DNA of 53,869 bases, from assembly GCA_030705805.1 (NCBI GenBank), contig JAUZPY010000002.1, forward strand, positions 1 through 53,869. Direction: 5' to 3'. The notes beneath the pieces were generated by a model. That model saw only the letters and a list, made by a program, of their open reading frames with translations. It had not been told where the DNA came from and ran no database searches. The stretch is from Bacillota bacterium. GTDB lineage: Bacteria > Bacillota > Clostridia > CAKSNL01 > HGM11501. This document shows, piece by piece, positions 18,123 to 27,241 of this stretch. The position numbers and the translations under genes are program-made. Each line of letters begins with the position of its first letter. Within the stretch, counting starts at the first letter, position 1.

Positions 18123-18848
18123 ATGCCTTTTAGCTATCGTGAATACGAGAATATGATAGAGCTTCTTTGTACTAACGGCTATAAAATAACGGGATATAAT
18201 AACTGGCAGGATTATGAAAAGTGCGTTATATTCAGACACGATATTGACTTTTCTATTGAAAAGGCAGTTGAATTTGCCAAGATAGAAAAAAGATTTAATG
18301 TAAATAGTACATATTTTACTTTGGTTTCAAGCAACTTTTACAATGTTTTTTCGGAAAAAAGCTGTTTGCTTCTTAATGAAATCATCTCTTCAGGCCATGA
18401 AATAGGGCTTCATTTTGATGAAAAGAGATATCCTGAAAGTTATGGAAATCCCGATAAGATAAAAGAAAAAGTTCTTTTCGAAAAAGATGTTTTGGAAAGA
18501 GCAATAGGGCAGGAAATTAAGACCCTTTCCATGCATCGGCCCAGTAAGGAGATATTGGCTTCCAATTTGCATATCCCCGGAATGATAAACAGCTATGGAA
18601 ATACCTTTTTTAAAGAGTTTAAATATTTGTCGGATTCCAAATGCAGCTGGAGAGAGCCGGTTCTTGATATAATAAAGGAAAACAAGTATAATAGACTCCA
18701 TATTCTTACTCATTCCTTCTGGTACAATAAAAAAGAAGAGAAGGTTAATAAAATGCTTGAGGATTTTGTAAATTCTGCCTCAAATGAAAGATATGAAGAT
18801 TTAAACGACAATTTTTCTGACTTAAAAGAAATCTTGCCCCTAAGATAG
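18123..18848 (+). CDS. Polysaccharide-deacetylase-like (divergent CE4 / NodB fold) protein
   Basis: FRHDIDFS ... STYF ... GHEIGLHFDE ... SMHRP pattern, resembling divergent deacetylases seen in O-antigen loci. By eye. Confidence 0.5.
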   Translation: MPFSYREYENMIELLCTNGYKITGYNNWQDYEKCVIFRHDIDFSIEKAVEFAKIEKRFNVNSTYFTLVSSNFYNVFSEKSCLLLNEIISSGHEIGLHFDEKRYPESYGNPDKIKEKVLFEKDVLERAIGQEIKTLSMHRPSKEILASNLHIPGMINSYGNTFFKEFKYLSDSKCSWREPVLDIIKENKYNRLHILTHSFWYNKKEEKVNKMLEDFVNSASNERYEDLNDNFSDLKEILPLR

Positions 18849-18860
18849 GAGATTAGCACT

Positions 18861-19583
18861 ATGAGAGTAGGCATTCATCAAATAAATTATTTACCTTGGC
18901 TCGGCTATTTTAATAAAATTGCAAAAAGTGATAAATTTATTTTAATGGACGAGGTGCAATTAACAGACAGCGGTACAATGCAGCGGAACAGGGTGCTTAA
19001 TAAAAACGGAGAGCCTACCTATATAACAATTGCTTTTGAAAAAAAGGGATATCAGGAAAAAATGTTTAAGGAAATTAAACTTAATGAACAGGTTGACTGG
19101 CAGGCAAGGCAATTAAACTTTCTTAAGGATGCCTACCATAAAAGTCCCTATTGGGAGGAAGTTTTCAATCTTATAGAGCCCCTTTTTTTAAGGAAGTTTG
19201 AATATCTGATGGATGTAAATTTGCTGGGACTGAAAACCATGCTGGAGGCTATGGAAATTCATACGCCTTTGGTTATGCAAAGTGAGCTTTTATATGACAG
19301 AGAAAGTAAAAAAAATGATTTGGTCTTAGAACTATGTAAAGCTATAGGTGCAGATATATATCTTTCCGGAAACGGAGCGAAAAAATATATGGAGCTTACT
19401 CCTTTTAGGGAAGTAGGAATAGCTGTCCAGTTTCAGACCTATACTGCGCCGGCTTATTCCCAGAGGTATTCACCAGAGTCCATTACGGGCCTTAGCATTT
19501 TGGACGTTCTCCTTAATATAGGGATTGAGAAAACAAAAAAGCTATTTTGGGAAAATTTACAGAATGAAGAGGTTAGCTTATGA
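18861..19583 (+). CDS. WbqC-family protein (function unknown)
   Basis: The N-terminal IHQINYLPWLGYFNKI signature is typical of the WbqC-like family. Confidence 0.7.
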   Translation: MRVGIHQINYLPWLGYFNKIAKSDKFILMDEVQLTDSGTMQRNRVLNKNGEPTYITIAFEKKGYQEKMFKEIKLNEQVDWQARQLNFLKDAYHKSPYWEEVFNLIEPLFLRKFEYLMDVNLLGLKTMLEAMEIHTPLVMQSELLYDRESKKNDLVLELCKAIGADIYLSGNGAKKYMELTPFREVGIAVQFQTYTAPAYSQRYSPESITGLSILDVLLNIGIEKTKKLFWENLQNEEVSL

Positions 19584-20662
19584 AATATGCGTTGATTGGA
19601 TGTGGGCGTATTGCCCCAAATCATATTGCGGCCGCTATAGCCAATAAGCTTTTAATAGCTGCAGTATGTGATATAGTGCCGGAGAACATGGAAAAGGTTT
19701 TAGAGCCTTTGACAGAGAAAGAAAAAGTTAATGTTTGCCGGTATACCGATTATAAGGAATTGCTTAAAAAAGAAAAGCCCACCCTTGTGGCCATTGCAAC
19801 CGAAAGCGGTAAGCATGCAAAAATTGCATTGGACTGCATTGAAGAAGGCTGCAATGTTATTATAGAAAAGCCAATAGCACTTTCAATAGAAGATGCTGAT
19901 GCGATTATAAAAAAAGCAAAGGAAAAAGGGGTAATGGTGTGCGCAAACCACCAGAACCGCTTCAATAAGTCCGTACAGAAAATACGCTCGGCTATAGAAG
20001 AAGGGCGCTTTGGTAAATTGCTGTACGGCACAGCTCATATAAGATGGAACAGGGGAGAAAATTATTATTCTCAAGCGCCCTGGAGAGGTACCTGGGAGCA
20101 GGATGGCGGCGCCCTTATGAATCAATGCATACATAATATTGATCTCTTAAGATGGATGATGGGCAGCGACATTACGGAGGTTTTTGCCTACACAGATAAC
20201 CTTAAGCATGACTATATAGAGGCCGAGGACTTAGGAATGGCTTTGGTGAAATTTTCAAACGGCTCTTATGGCATAATTGAAGGGACCACAGATATATATC
20301 CTAAAAATCTGGAAGAGACCCTTTATATTTTTGGAGATAAAGGCACAATAAAAGCTGGCGGTAAGTCCGTTAACGTTATTGAGGAGTGGAGTTTTGCAGA
20401 CGGAATTGATGACCCTGAGTATGTAAAATCCAACTTTCATGAAAATCCCCCTAACGTTTATGGGTACGGACATACTCCGCTTTATGCCGACGTAATTGAA
20501 TCAATAAGCTCTGAAAGAGAACCTTATATAACGGGTGAAGACGGGAAAAGAGCCCTTGAACTTGTGCTTGCAATATATAAATCCGCAGCAACCGGAAAGC
20601 CGGTAAAGATGCCTCTTAAAAAATGCTCAACACTTGACTTTAAAGGCAGGTTTGATAGATAA
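19580..20662 (+). CDS. Gfo/Idh/MocA oxidoreductase, WbpB-like (UDP-GlcNAcA 3-dehydrogenase candidate)
   Basis: MKYALIGCGRIAPNH Rossmann start and an EKP motif. Sits next to the WbpD-like and WbpE-like genes. Confidence 0.75.
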   Translation: MKYALIGCGRIAPNHIAAAIANKLLIAAVCDIVPENMEKVLEPLTEKEKVNVCRYTDYKELLKKEKPTLVAIATESGKHAKIALDCIEEGCNVIIEKPIALSIEDADAIIKKAKEKGVMVCANHQNRFNKSVQKIRSAIEEGRFGKLLYGTAHIRWNRGENYYSQAPWRGTWEQDGGALMNQCIHNIDLLRWMMGSDITEVFAYTDNLKHDYIEAEDLGMALVKFSNGSYGIIEGTTDIYPKNLEETLYIFGDKGTIKAGGKSVNVIEEWSFADGIDDPEYVKSNFHENPPNVYGYGHTPLYADVIESISSEREPYITGEDGKRALELVLAIYKSAATGKPVKMPLKKCSTLDFKGRFDR

Positions 20663-21231
20663 TGGATAAAGATTATTTTGTTCATGAGAGCAGCTATATT
20701 GATGAGGGTGTTAGGATTGGAGCCGGTACGAAAATATGGTTTTTTTGCCATGTGCAAAAGGGAGCTGTATTAGGAGAAAAGTGCTCACTTGGTCAGAACG
20801 TTAACATCGGAAACAATGTTAAAATTGGTACCGGCTGTAAGATTCAGAATAATGTTTCGCTGTATGAGGGCGTAGAGCTATTGGATTATGTGTTCTGCGG
20901 GCCCTCATGTGTGTTTACTAATGACCTTACACCGAGAGCAAAATATCCAAAGGGAAGCGCCGGATATAAAAAGACTCTTGTAAAAACCGGTGCATCTATT
21001 GGCGCAAATGCCACGATAGTATGCGGAAACACTATAGGAAGCTGGGCACTGATTGGAGCGGGAGCGGTAGTTGCCGGGGACGTTTTAGATCATGCACTTA
21101 TGCTTGGAGTTCCTGCCAGGAGGGCAGGCTGGGCTTGTGAATGCGGAAATCTTTTAAAGGAAGGACTCAAATGTGCTCATTGCGGCAGGGAATATAAAGA
21201 AGAAAGCACAGGACTAATTGAGGTGAAGTAA
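20662..21231 (+). CDS. Left-handed beta-helix N-acetyltransferase, WbpD/WlbB-like, with a C-terminal four-cysteine ribbon
   Basis: Hexapeptide repeats. Tail CECGNLLKEGLKCAHCG. Context. Confidence 0.75.
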   Translation: MDKDYFVHESSYIDEGVRIGAGTKIWFFCHVQKGAVLGEKCSLGQNVNIGNNVKIGTGCKIQNNVSLYEGVELLDYVFCGPSCVFTNDLTPRAKYPKGSAGYKKTLVKTGASIGANATIVCGNTIGSWALIGAGAVVAGDVLDHALMLGVPARRAGWACECGNLLKEGLKCAHCGREYKEESTGLIEVK

Positions 21232-22365
21232 ATGGAATTTATAGATTTAAAAGCTCAATACAAAAGCATAGAAAATGAAATAAAGTCAAATATAAACACG
21301 GTTTTAGAGCATGGAAAATATATAATGGGGCCGGAAGTGGCTCTTCTTGAACAGGAACTGTCAGAATATGCAGGAGCCAAATACTGCGTCACCTGTGCAA
21401 ACGGAACCGATGCCCTGCAGATGGCACTTATGGCATGGAATATTGGCTTTGGAGATGCTGTATTTGTGCCTTCTTTTACATTTATGTCTACTGCTGAAGT
21501 AGTTAATCTTCAAGGAGCTACTCCCATATTTGTAGATATTAGTTTGGACACCTTCAATATGTGCCCTGACAGTTTAGAGAATGCTATAAAGAAAGTTATT
21601 GCCGAGGGGAAATTAAAGCCTAAGGCTGTAATTCCTGTTGATTTATTTGGACAGTGTGCAGAGTTTGATAAAATAATTCCTTTGGCAAGAAAATATAAAT
21701 TACTTATTTTAGAGGATGGAGCGCAAGGCTTTGGAGGAACTATTAACGGCAAAAAGGCGTGCACCTTTGGCGACATATCCACTACATCTTTTTTCCCTGC
21801 CAAGCCTCTTGGCTGTTACGGTGACGGAGGAGCCATTTTTACAGATAATGAAAACTGGTATGAAACATTAAAATCTATACGTGTACATGGAAAAGGAACA
21901 ATGAAATATGATAACGTCAGAGTGGGTTTAAACTCCCGCCTTGATACTATGCAAGCTGCAATAGTGTTAGCCAAGCTTCATGCTTTCATAGAGCATGAAC
22001 TTGACAATCGCCATAAATATGCGGATATGTACACATCAATTTTGAAAGACAGAGTAAAAACGCCCGCTTGTCCGAAAGGTTTTACTTCAAGCTGGGCTCA
22101 GTACACTCTTTTATTTGACAGCAGTGAAATAAGAGATAAAGTTAGGGATAGATTAAAAGAAAAAGGTATACCTTCAATGGTCTATTATCCGACTCCTTTG
22201 CACAGGCAAACAGTATATAAGCCTTTGGGATATGAAGAAGGAAGCTTGCCGGCAAGCGAAAAAGCAGCTAAAGGAGTTTTAAGTCTGCCCATGCATCCTT
22301 ACCTTTCAAAGGAGGCAGTAAGCTTTGTTGCTGAAAATGTGATAAAGGCTTTTGAGGAGCAATAA
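21232..22365 (+). CDS. DegT-family aminotransferase, WbpE/WlbC-like (3-aminotransferase candidate)
   Basis: The typical DegT N-terminus is present. The PLP lysine sits in SFFPAKPLG. Confidence 0.8.
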   Translation: MEFIDLKAQYKSIENEIKSNINTVLEHGKYIMGPEVALLEQELSEYAGAKYCVTCANGTDALQMALMAWNIGFGDAVFVPSFTFMSTAEVVNLQGATPIFVDISLDTFNMCPDSLENAIKKVIAEGKLKPKAVIPVDLFGQCAEFDKIIPLARKYKLLILEDGAQGFGGTINGKKACTFGDISTTSFFPAKPLGCYGDGGAIFTDNENWYETLKSIRVHGKGTMKYDNVRVGLNSRLDTMQAAIVLAKLHAFIEHELDNRHKYADMYTSILKDRVKTPACPKGFTSSWAQYTLLFDSSEIRDKVRDRLKEKGIPSMVYYPTPLHRQTVYKPLGYEEGSLPASEKAAKGVLSLPMHPYLSKEAVSFVAENVIKAFEEQ

Positions 22366-22366
22366 A

Positions 22367-23554
22367 ATGGGGGAAAAGAAAAAAATACTTTTTGTTAATT
22401 CATCCTTTACTTATGGAGGAATTCAGACAGCTTTAAAGAACCTTTTAAACAGTTTGGATTATGAAAAGTATGATGTTGATGTGCTTGTTTTTTCGGATTC
22501 TGGAATTGATAGGGCAGATCTCTCGGATAATGTAAGAGTATTATATGGGGAAAAGCTTGTTAAGACTCTTGAAAGATCCGTAGGGGATCTTTTGAGAGAA
22601 AAAAAATATATGCAAGCGGCCTTTGCCCTTGCAGCAAGAGCCTGGACAAAAGCTTTCGGGAATACTATACCTGTAAATTTGGCTTTGCTGTCGCAGAAAA
22701 AGCTTAAAGGGTATGATTGTGCCATAGCATACAGGCATGAAAGAAACGCTAAGCGTTATACCGGAGGTTACTGTAGGTTTATTATACACAGAGTGCAGGC
22801 AAAGAAAAAAATCGGTTGGATTCACGGAGACTATAGTACGCTCGGGTTTACATCAAAACATTTTGAGAAAATATATAATAAGTTAGATTATGTAGTAGCT
22901 GTATCAAACGGATGTGCAGAAAGCTTTAAAAAAGCTTTACCTAATGTAAACACCCCTGTAACCTACATTTATAACTGTAATAATTATGATAAAATAAAGG
23001 AAATGGCAGATCAGAATCCGGTAATTTACGATGAAAATCAAATTAATGTTGTGACAGTGGCAAGACTGTCACAGGAAAAAGGCTTGGAAAGAGCTATTTA
23101 TGCAATAGATGCCTGCGTAAAAGAAGGGATAAACGTTCATTATCACCTTATTGGAGGAGGAACCCTTAACCAAAAGCTTCTTTCTACTGTAAATGAGTGC
23201 GGATTATCTGACCATGTAACCTTATATGGACCACAAGAAAACCCATATAGATATTTAAAGAATGCAGATTTATTTTTGCTGACTTCTTTTCATGAAGCCG
23301 CCCCTATGGTATTTAATGAGGCAAAAGCCCTTGGAGTACCAATACTGTCCACAGAAACTATCTCTGCCTATGAAATGATATTAAAATGTAATGCAGGGTG
23401 GGTTTGTGAAAATTCTGAAAGCGGTATAAAGGAAGCAATTATAAAAACACTTCAGAATAAAAATGAAATTAATGAAAAAAAGGAGAAGTTAAGAGAGCAG
23501 CATTTTGGAAATGAGGAATCAATCCAAATGTTTGATGAAGTGCTTAACAAATAA
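22367..23554 (+). CDS. Glycosyltransferase family 4
   Basis: GAGGAG RBS, then ATG 22367. Motif FHEAAPMVFNEAKALGVPIL. Confidence 0.75.
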   Translation: MGEKKKILFVNSSFTYGGIQTALKNLLNSLDYEKYDVDVLVFSDSGIDRADLSDNVRVLYGEKLVKTLERSVGDLLREKKYMQAAFALAARAWTKAFGNTIPVNLALLSQKKLKGYDCAIAYRHERNAKRYTGGYCRFIIHRVQAKKKIGWIHGDYSTLGFTSKHFEKIYNKLDYVVAVSNGCAESFKKALPNVNTPVTYIYNCNNYDKIKEMADQNPVIYDENQINVVTVARLSQEKGLERAIYAIDACVKEGINVHYHLIGGGTLNQKLLSTVNECGLSDHVTLYGPQENPYRYLKNADLFLLTSFHEAAPMVFNEAKALGVPILSTETISAYEMILKCNAGWVCENSESGIKEAIIKTLQNKNEINEKKEKLREQHFGNEESIQMFDEVLNK

Positions 23555-23559
23555 AGGCT

Positions 23560-25008
23560 ATGGAAAACCTGTCCACAGAGTTTAATGATAGCGTTTCAGT
23601 AGGCAGAGAAAAAACGCAGAAGAAGATTCTTTTTATATCAATAGTAATTGCGTTATCACTTCTTGGCACGCAATTAACCGGTTCTAAACCTTTAATTGCA
23701 ATTCCTCTTATTGCTTTTTACGCACTGGTAACCTTCGCGCCCTTATATTCTTTGCTTCCTGTTTTTTTGTTTTTCCTGCCTTGGGCCAGTCTTCTAAAAT
23801 TACAGCCGGAAAAACAAACGGCTTTCAGCTTGGCTATAATTATATTTTTTGTACGGCTTTTTCTTCCTACGAAAGAGAATAAAATAACAGGTGGAGGAAC
23901 CATAGACATCAAAGCTTTAATGTATATGGAGATACTTACTGTTTTGTGTATTTTTGCAAAAATGTTATGGGGATATCCTATTAAAGCAAACTTTGTCAGG
24001 ATATTAATGCTCATGTTTGTTGTGCCGGCATACTTAAAAAAATACAGCACCAGGATCTCTTTTAAATGGTGCACTGTTTTTATTGCTTGCGGAACTATGC
24101 TTGCAAGCTACCTTGCTATTGCTTTTGCTGACTATCCGAATATTAGCCGTTATATAAGTATAGATGAAATTGTATCTAATGAAGTAACGAGGTATGCAGG
24201 ATTTAGTGGAGACCCCAATACTTACTCGATGCTTTCTCTTGCTGCAATAAGCTGTATTTTGATTATGCTTGTAACCTCAAAAGGGGGAAAATACCAGATC
24301 CTAGGCTATAGCTGTGTTTTGCTGCTGATTTATCAAGGATTGGTATCAATCTCAAAAATGTTTGTATTGCTTTTGGCAATACTGATCTTTTTGTGGCTTT
24401 GGACGCTACCTAAAGTTAAAGGTAAGGCATATATTCAATTATTTGCTGTAGTGTTTATAACTGCCGGAATATTGATTGCTTTTTCTACTGATTGGTTTGA
24501 CGGAATATATTCAATGTATCTTGCCAGAATGAAAGATACGGAAAATTTAAATGACCTTACCACCGGCCGGGCATGGCTTCAAAAATCTTACTTGTCATTT
24601 TTCTATAAACATCCGTTAAAGCTAATAATAGGACAAGGCATATCTGCACAATATGATGTGGGTTTGGGACACAGCAGAGCTTCTCATAACACTTTGATTC
24701 AGCTGGTCTATGAGTATGGACTTTTTGGTGTTGGAGTTTTTATTTTCTGGTTTAAGTATTCGGCAGGAAATATTTTAGAGAAGAGAGAAATACCTCTTAA
24801 AGGAATGAGATTTGCTCTTGTTTTAATTATGGTAGTGGGCTGCTTTGGAGCATGGCCGGCACTGGATCTTATGTTTAAAGACGCCTTTTTCTATTATATC
24901 ACTTTGTTTTTTGTAGCTTTGAAATATATATGTGATTATGAAGAAGAAAAGCCTAAAAGGTTTGTGCAAAAGTATTTTGAAGGTGGGGGAATGATAAATG
25001 AAGGTTAA
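23560..25008 (+). CDS. O-antigen polymerase / ligase family membrane protein (Wzy-like)
   Basis: More than 10 hydrophobic segments. Wzy_C-like loop GHSRASHNTLIQLVYEYGLFG. Confidence 0.75.
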   Translation: MENLSTEFNDSVSVGREKTQKKILFISIVIALSLLGTQLTGSKPLIAIPLIAFYALVTFAPLYSLLPVFLFFLPWASLLKLQPEKQTAFSLAIIIFFVRLFLPTKENKITGGGTIDIKALMYMEILTVLCIFAKMLWGYPIKANFVRILMLMFVVPAYLKKYSTRISFKWCTVFIACGTMLASYLAIAFADYPNISRYISIDEIVSNEVTRYAGFSGDPNTYSMLSLAAISCILIMLVTSKGGKYQILGYSCVLLLIYQGLVSISKMFVLLLAILIFLWLWTLPKVKGKAYIQLFAVVFITAGILIAFSTDWFDGIYSMYLARMKDTENLNDLTTGRAWLQKSYLSFFYKHPLKLIIGQGISAQYDVGLGHSRASHNTLIQLVYEYGLFGVGVFIFWFKYSAGNILEKREIPLKGMRFALVLIMVVGCFGAWPALDLMFKDAFFYYITLFFVALKYICDYEEEKPKRFVQKYFEGGGMINEG

Positions 25009-25537
25009 AAAGATAATAGGTATTATTATGTATAGATCCTTTGCGAAATATCTTCCTCGTTCAAATGGCAGAATTAATTTGGGAAGCAAACAGCTAAGAA
25101 GATTCTGCGGTAAGCTTATGTTGGATGAGTGCGGCAGAAATGTAAACATAGAAAGGAAGGCAAACTTTTCCAGCAGGGTTAAAATAGGTAACGATTCCGG
25201 AATAGGTATAAACTCAAGTATTGCAGGTTATGTAACAATTGGCAATGACGTTATGATGGGCCCGGAATGCATTATTTATACCAGAAATCACGAGTTTAAA
25301 CGTACAGATATTCCAATGCATGAGCAAGGATTTTCAGAGGTAAAGCCTGTAGTAATCGGCAATGATGTTTGGATAGGCGGGAGGGTTATCATCCTTCCGG
25401 GGGTACATATTGGAAACGGCTGCATTATAGGAGCGGGTGCTGTTGTCACTAAAGATGTTCCCGATTATGCGATTGTAGGAGGAAATCCTGCAAAGGTTAT
25501 AAAATATAGGACTGATGAACAAAACAAGGAAGAATAA
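24998..25537 (+). CDS. Hexapeptide-repeat O-acetyltransferase (LacA / WcaF-like)
   Basis: Hexapeptide repeats and the VVIGNDVWIGGRVIILPGVHIGNGCIIGAGAVV core. 11-nt overlap with the Wzy-like gene. Confidence 0.75.
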   Translation: MKVKKIIGIIMYRSFAKYLPRSNGRINLGSKQLRRFCGKLMLDECGRNVNIERKANFSSRVKIGNDSGIGINSSIAGYVTIGNDVMMGPECIIYTRNHEFKRTDIPMHEQGFSEVKPVVIGNDVWIGGRVIILPGVHIGNGCIIGAGAVVTKDVPDYAIVGGNPAKVIKYRTDEQNKEE

Positions 25538-25668
25538 TTTCTTTTTAAAGCTGTACTTTAACTGTATTGCAGTTGTCTTTATGAGGCAGCACAATTGTAT
25601 GGCAAGCGAGTATTTTGAAAAGTTCTCATCTGCTGTGCTAAACATTGCTTCCTGAAAGGTCGGAAAAC

Positions 25669-27222
25669 ATGTCGAGAATTGAAAACTCAGCTAGAAATCT
25701 GTCAGCAAGTGCTGTCAGGGGGATACTTGTAATAATACTGAACTTTATTACCAGAACAGTATTTATTAATGTCCTGGGAAAACGATACCTTGGAATCAGC
25801 GATTTGTTTACAAATGTTATTTCAGTATTATCCTTGGCGGAGCTTGGTATAGGATCTGCAATAGTGTTTAATTTGTATAAGCCTATAGCAGAGAAGGATA
25901 TTCCGCAAATCAGGCTTCTGGTTAAGTTTTATAGAACCTGCTATCAATTTATAGGATACTTTATTTTAGCAGTAGGTTTATGCCTTATGCCGTTTTTAAA
26001 GTACATAATTAAAGATGATGTGAGTTTTATTAATGCAAATTTGATATTTTCCCTTTATCTTATAAGAACGGTATTTTCATATTTATTTTTTGCGTATAAA
26101 ACTTCACTGCTGACAGCAAGCCAACAAGAATACAAGCTCACAATAATAAGCACTGTTTTTGCAGTTATTTCAAATTTAGCGCAGATTGCAGTATTAGTGC
26201 TTTTTAAAAACTTTACGTTATATGTCTTTATTGTTATATTAATTACAATACTTCAAAATTTTGTCGGGGCAAGACAAACCGATAAGGAATATCCTTTTAT
26301 TAAAGAAAAAGTTGATGATAAGCTTACTAAGGAAGAACGGAAAGAAATATTTAAAAATTGTTATGCTTTAGTAATTTATAATATAAACGAAGTTGTAGTA
26401 AATGCTACAGACAATATTGTTCTTTCGACCTTTATAGGCCTTGAAATTGTCGGTATGTACTCAAACTATGTTATACTCTATGGTGCTATTAAGGATATAC
26501 TTCAAAAGTTATATAATGCAATGATTCCAAGCATTGGAAACCTTCATGCAGAAGGAGATGTTGAGCACGAACATAAGCTTTTTAATTCTCTTAACTTTAT
26601 GACTTCTTTTTTGTTTGGAATAGGAGCCGTTGGATTTGCCGTAGTAGGAAACGAGCTTATTCATATATGGATAGGCGATAAATATATTATTGATCAATCT
26701 TTTGCAGTAATAATGGCTGTAAATTTATACATAACCGGAATGGACAAAATACTGTCAGTTTTCCGAAATGCAATGGGACTTTTTCAGCAGGCGAAATACC
26801 GTCCTCTTGCAGGAATAATTATCAATTTGGTATTTTCAATCATAGCAGTTCGTTATATGGGCGTTCATGGAGTTGTGCTTGGTACAATTGTTGCAAATGT
26901 AACTACATTCATGTGGTATGATCCTTATATTATTTATAGGGAAGTATTTAAGAGATCAGCTTGGGAGTATTATAAAAAGAACATACAATACGGCTTGCTG
27001 GTTATAGCTTGCGGAGTGCTTTCATATTATATCTGTAATTTGATAGGCGGAATAAATCTGGGCTACTTATTATTGCATTCAATAATATGTGTAATTATTA
27101 CCGGAGGCGCTTTTTACGCCATATATGGCAGGACAGAGGACTTTAAATATATTATAAATATGGCAAAACATGTTTTAAAAAAAATATTTAAAAAATTTAG
27201 AAGAAAACAGCCAGAAGTTTAA
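25669..27222 (+). CDS. Polysaccharide flippase (Wzx, MOP superfamily)
   Basis: ATG 25669 (MSRIENSARN, a typical Wzx N-terminus). About 12-14 TM segments. Confidence 0.8.
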   Translation: MSRIENSARNLSASAVRGILVIILNFITRTVFINVLGKRYLGISDLFTNVISVLSLAELGIGSAIVFNLYKPIAEKDIPQIRLLVKFYRTCYQFIGYFILAVGLCLMPFLKYIIKDDVSFINANLIFSLYLIRTVFSYLFFAYKTSLLTASQQEYKLTIISTVFAVISNLAQIAVLVLFKNFTLYVFIVILITILQNFVGARQTDKEYPFIKEKVDDKLTKEERKEIFKNCYALVIYNINEVVVNATDNIVLSTFIGLEIVGMYSNYVILYGAIKDILQKLYNAMIPSIGNLHAEGDVEHEHKLFNSLNFMTSFLFGIGAVGFAVVGNELIHIWIGDKYIIDQSFAVIMAVNLYITGMDKILSVFRNAMGLFQQAKYRPLAGIIINLVFSIIAVRYMGVHGVVLGTIVANVTTFMWYDPYIIYREVFKRSAWEYYKKNIQYGLLVIACGVLSYYICNLIGGINLGYLLLHSIICVIITGGAFYAIYGRTEDFKYIINMAKHVLKKIFKKFRRKQPEV

Positions 27223-27241
27223 AGGAGAGAGGGGCGTAATC

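Noticed and set aside
23718-24074. 118-aa antisense ORF inside wzy. Similar antisense ORFs occur at 8592..8960, 15072..15425, 34022..34387 and 4964..5308
   Set aside because: All are antisense to genes with strong family signatures and lack ribosome-binding sites. They are expected by chance at this ORF length cut-off.
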